From: an uncultured Chloroflexia bacterium
GTDB lineage: Bacteria; Chloroflexota; Limnocylindria; Limnocylindrales; CSP1-4
DNA length: 64,000 nt
Direction of reading: 5' to 3'
Assembly (NCBI GenBank): GCA_963813335.1
Contig: CAWEYL010000002.1
Span: 1 to 64,000, forward strand
This document shows, piece after piece, positions 61,535 through 64,000 of this stretch; position 1 is the stretch's first letter; each line of letters begins with the position of its first letter. The notes beneath the pieces are model-generated. The model had not been told where the DNA came from and ran no database searches. It saw only the letters and a list, made by a program, of their open reading frames with translations. Position numbers and translations under genes: made by a program.

Positions 61535-62884
61535 GGCGTCATCACGACCGACTTGGAGTCCGAGTCGATCTGACCGGTCGCGTTCGTCGACGGTCAGCGT
61601 GATCGTGTAGAGCCCGGGGTCAGCATACTTGTGCGCGGCGGTCTTGCCGCTTCCGGTGTACGTGTCACCGAACTTCCACTCCCAGGACACTGCGTTGGGT
61701 GACGCAGAGCCGTCGACGGACACCGTGAGTCCGTTCCGCGTGTAGACGAAGCTGGCCGTCGGCGGCGGCGCGGGCGTCGGCTTCGGGGTCGGCCTGGGCG
61801 TCGGCGTCGGCTTCGGCGTCGGGGTCGGGGTCGGACTTGGCGTGGGCGTCGGACTTGGCGTGGGCGAGGGGGTCGGCGTCGGACTCGGCGTCGGCGAGGG
61901 GGTCGGCGTCGGGCTCGGTGTCGGGGTCGGCGTGGGCGTCGGCGAGGGGGTCGGCGTCGGACTCGGCGTCACGGTGGCCACGGCGATCGCAGGGTCGGAC
62001 GCCGGCGGGGCCGTGAGGTCGAGGACGGACCCCTGGGCTGACGGCATCAGGTTGACGCCCACGACGAGCACCATCGACAGCGCGACCATCAGGGCCGCGG
62101 CGTCGCGGACGAGGCGCTGCCGCAGGATCGATGGCTCGCTGGCCACGCGCGGGGCCTTGGGTGCCTTGGGCGTCTTGACGACGGGAGCCTTCGCCACGGG
62201 CGTTTGCGCGACAGCGGCCGCGGCCACGCCGGCGGCGGCCGCCGGTGAAGCGGAACCTGATGCTGACCCGGCCACGACGATCCGTGCCGGCCGGTGCGGG
62301 ACGGGCGCCCCGGTCGCGTCGACGGCGACCGCGGCGGCGGCGGCGGCGGACACGGGCATGCTCGATGGACGCATGTCGGCGGCGATCCCGGCCGATCCGG
62401 ACAGGCGGGCCAAGATCTCGGCCTCGCTCAGGGCGCGCACCGGTTCGACCGGCGGCTCGGGCCGCTTGCGCCCCGTCAGCCGTCGGAACAGGTACATGCC
62501 GACGGACCCTTCGACGATCCGTGCGAGTCGGCCCGGCTGGTGGGGCACCTTCGGTTCGGGGGTCGCCACTGGCTTCGAGGTCGCGCGCGCCGTGGGTGCG
62601 GCGGCGGCCATCGGCATCGCCGCGGACGTGTGGGCTGGCGCGGGCGGCGTCGCAGGCGCCCCGATGATGATCGGCGCGGGCGGTGTCGCGGGCGCCCCGA
62701 TGATGATCGGCGCCGCAGCCGCCTTCGCCGGCGCAGCAGCCTTCGCGGGCGCCGCCTTCGCCTTCGTGGACGCGCCCGTCCGCGAACCGGCCGGGCCCTT
62801 CGCGGAGGTCCGCAGCAGCGAGGCGCCGAGCACGACGCCGACCGTCGCGACGGCCGCGATGATGATGAGCAGATCGAGACTCAT
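61531..62884 (-). CDS. two-TM protein with Thr/Pro/Ser stalk and C-terminal PKD domain (frameshift ~61585)
   Basis: PTASF...DGSAS...WKFGD...[15 protein letters not shown]. Confidence 0.78.
61765..61972 (-). repeat. [12 protein letters not shown] low-complexity coding repeat
   Basis: Repeated GGCGTCGG/GGGGTCGG units on the plus strand. Confidence 0.9.
62637..62713 (-). repeat. 36-nt tandem duplication ([12 protein letters not shown] x2)
   Basis: Units 62640-62675 and 62676-62711 differ at two positions. Confidence 0.9.
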
Positions 62885-63033
62885 GGATCCCCGAGTAGTA
62901 CTTCGGTACCCCGTCCGTAGTACGGACAGCGGATGCTAGCAGCAAGAGCCGAAGCGGCCTATCGGACCCTTCCCCACCGGACCGCACCGGACCGCGCAGG
63001 CCGTCCGGATATCGGTGCCAGGAGACCACGCCC

Positions 63034-64000
63034 CTATTTGGCGGGTGCGTCGGTCCCCAGGTCGCTTGCGTCCGGATCGGGATCGTAGGCGTTCGCTTCG
63101 AGCTCGGAGGGCCGTCGCAGCGCCCCGCGCGTCGGCACGAAGAGGATCAGGCCGAAGGCGAGGAACACGCCCAGGAACGCGTACAGCTGGGTCACCCCGG
63201 AGAGCAGCATCGCCAGGAGCGCGAGCAGCAGGCAGATGCCGTAGATGGCGAGCACGGTCTGGCGGTGCGACAGCCCGAGGTCGAGCATCCGGTGGTGGAT
63301 GTGCCCGCGGTCCGGGCTGAACGGCGAGCGACCCTCGAGGAGCCGCCGCACGATGATCCAGAACGTGTCGATGATCGGCACGCCGAGCACGAGCAGCGCC
63401 ACGGCCACCTTCGCGGTCCCGAGGATCGAGAGCAGGGCCAGGCTGTAGCCGACGAACTGGACGCCGCTGGTCCCCGCGAAGATCGAGGCCGGGTGAAGGT
63501 TCCAGCGCAGGAACCCCAGCAACGAGCCGGCAAGGATGAAGCACAGCGCCGCGATGATCGGCTGATACACCGACGTCGAGAGGTTGATCAGCCCCAGCGT
63601 CACGGCCGCGATGAACGCGATCCCCGATGACAGGCCGTCGAGACCGTCGATGAAGTTGATGCTGTTGATCATCCCCACGATCCAGAAGATCGTGAAGCCG
63701 GCGGCGAACCAGTCGGGGAAGGTGATGACGTCGCCGCCGACCGGGTTGGCGATGAATGTGATGGTGATGCCGAGGGCGACCGCGAACACGCCGAGGCCGA
63801 TCTGGCCCGCGAGCTGCCAGCGGGCCCGGAGGTCGAGGAAGTCGTCGATGGCGCCGAGCGCCGCCGCCGCGGCGCCGCCGACCAGCAGGGCGACCAGCTG
63901 GCTCGTGACCGTCGAGCCGAGCGGCTCCTCGAGCCGGAACGGCAGGAGCCAGCCCAGGTCGTGCGTCGCGATGAAGATCAGGGCGACCGCGATGAACGCC
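63034..64000 (-). CDS. MraY-family WecA/TagO polyprenyl-phosphate GlcNAc-1-phosphate transferase (5' end outside window)
   Basis: GAIDDF, NSINFIDGLDGL, NLHPASIF and DRGHIHH. Confidence 0.88.
   Translation of the reverse strand, partial: AFIAVALIFIATHDLGWLLPFRLEEPLGSTVTSQLVALLVGGAAAAALGAIDDFLDLRARWQLAGQIGLGVFAVALGITITFIANPVGGDVITFPDWFAAGFTIFWIVGMINSINFIDGLDGLSSGIAFIAAVTLGLINLSTSVYQPIIAALCFILAGSLLGFLRWNLHPASIFAGTSGVQFVGYSLALLSILGTAKVAVALLVLGVPIIDTFWIIVRRLLEGRSPFSPDRGHIHHRMLDLGLSHRQTVLAIYGICLLLALLAMLLSGVTQLYAFLGVFLAFGLILFVPTRGALRRPSELEANAYDPDPDASDLGTDAPAK

Noticed and set aside
61346-62884. PKD protein with a C-terminal membrane anchor
   Set aside because: That hydrophobic tail is the signal peptide of the next gene (TTG at 61534), joined by a frameshift.

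Overview
High-GC bacterial chromosomal segment. Gene content and style suggest a monoderm Chloroflexota, possibly Limnocylindria-like (inference only). At least a dozen isolated indels split otherwise intact genes, including atpD and atpC, so this looks like error-prone long-read consensus. Order of contents: (1) 1-3941, a promoter, c-di-GMP-II riboswitch and terminator, then two unannotated micro-ORFs that both end in S-x-[K/R]-G-[W/F], a membrane-sensor HD-GYP phosphodiesterase and a DUF5317-MFS fusion. This is the best candidate for an undescribed peptide-signalling/c-di-GMP system. (2) pcm and a ~26 kb envelope-glycosylation island with 14 GT-C-type membrane glycosyltransferases, two polyprenol-P-sugar synthases, a nucleotide-sugar dehydrogenase and epimerase, and a PIG-L deacetylase. 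(3) A DegS/DegU-like two-component set whose regulator carries a Cle-like YxGP[D/E]RR motif, plus a degenerate second kinase. (4) Four Flp pilins and cpaB-cpaE-cpaF-tadB-tadC, then DUF192, comF, hpf and nfo. (5) Minus strand: wecA/tagO, a PKD protein, a cadherin-like adhesin, the full atp operon, murA (Cys-to-Asp type), mreB, a PHP protein, a flippase-like protein and an XRE regulator. No rRNA, tRNA, CRISPR array or mobile element was recognised.
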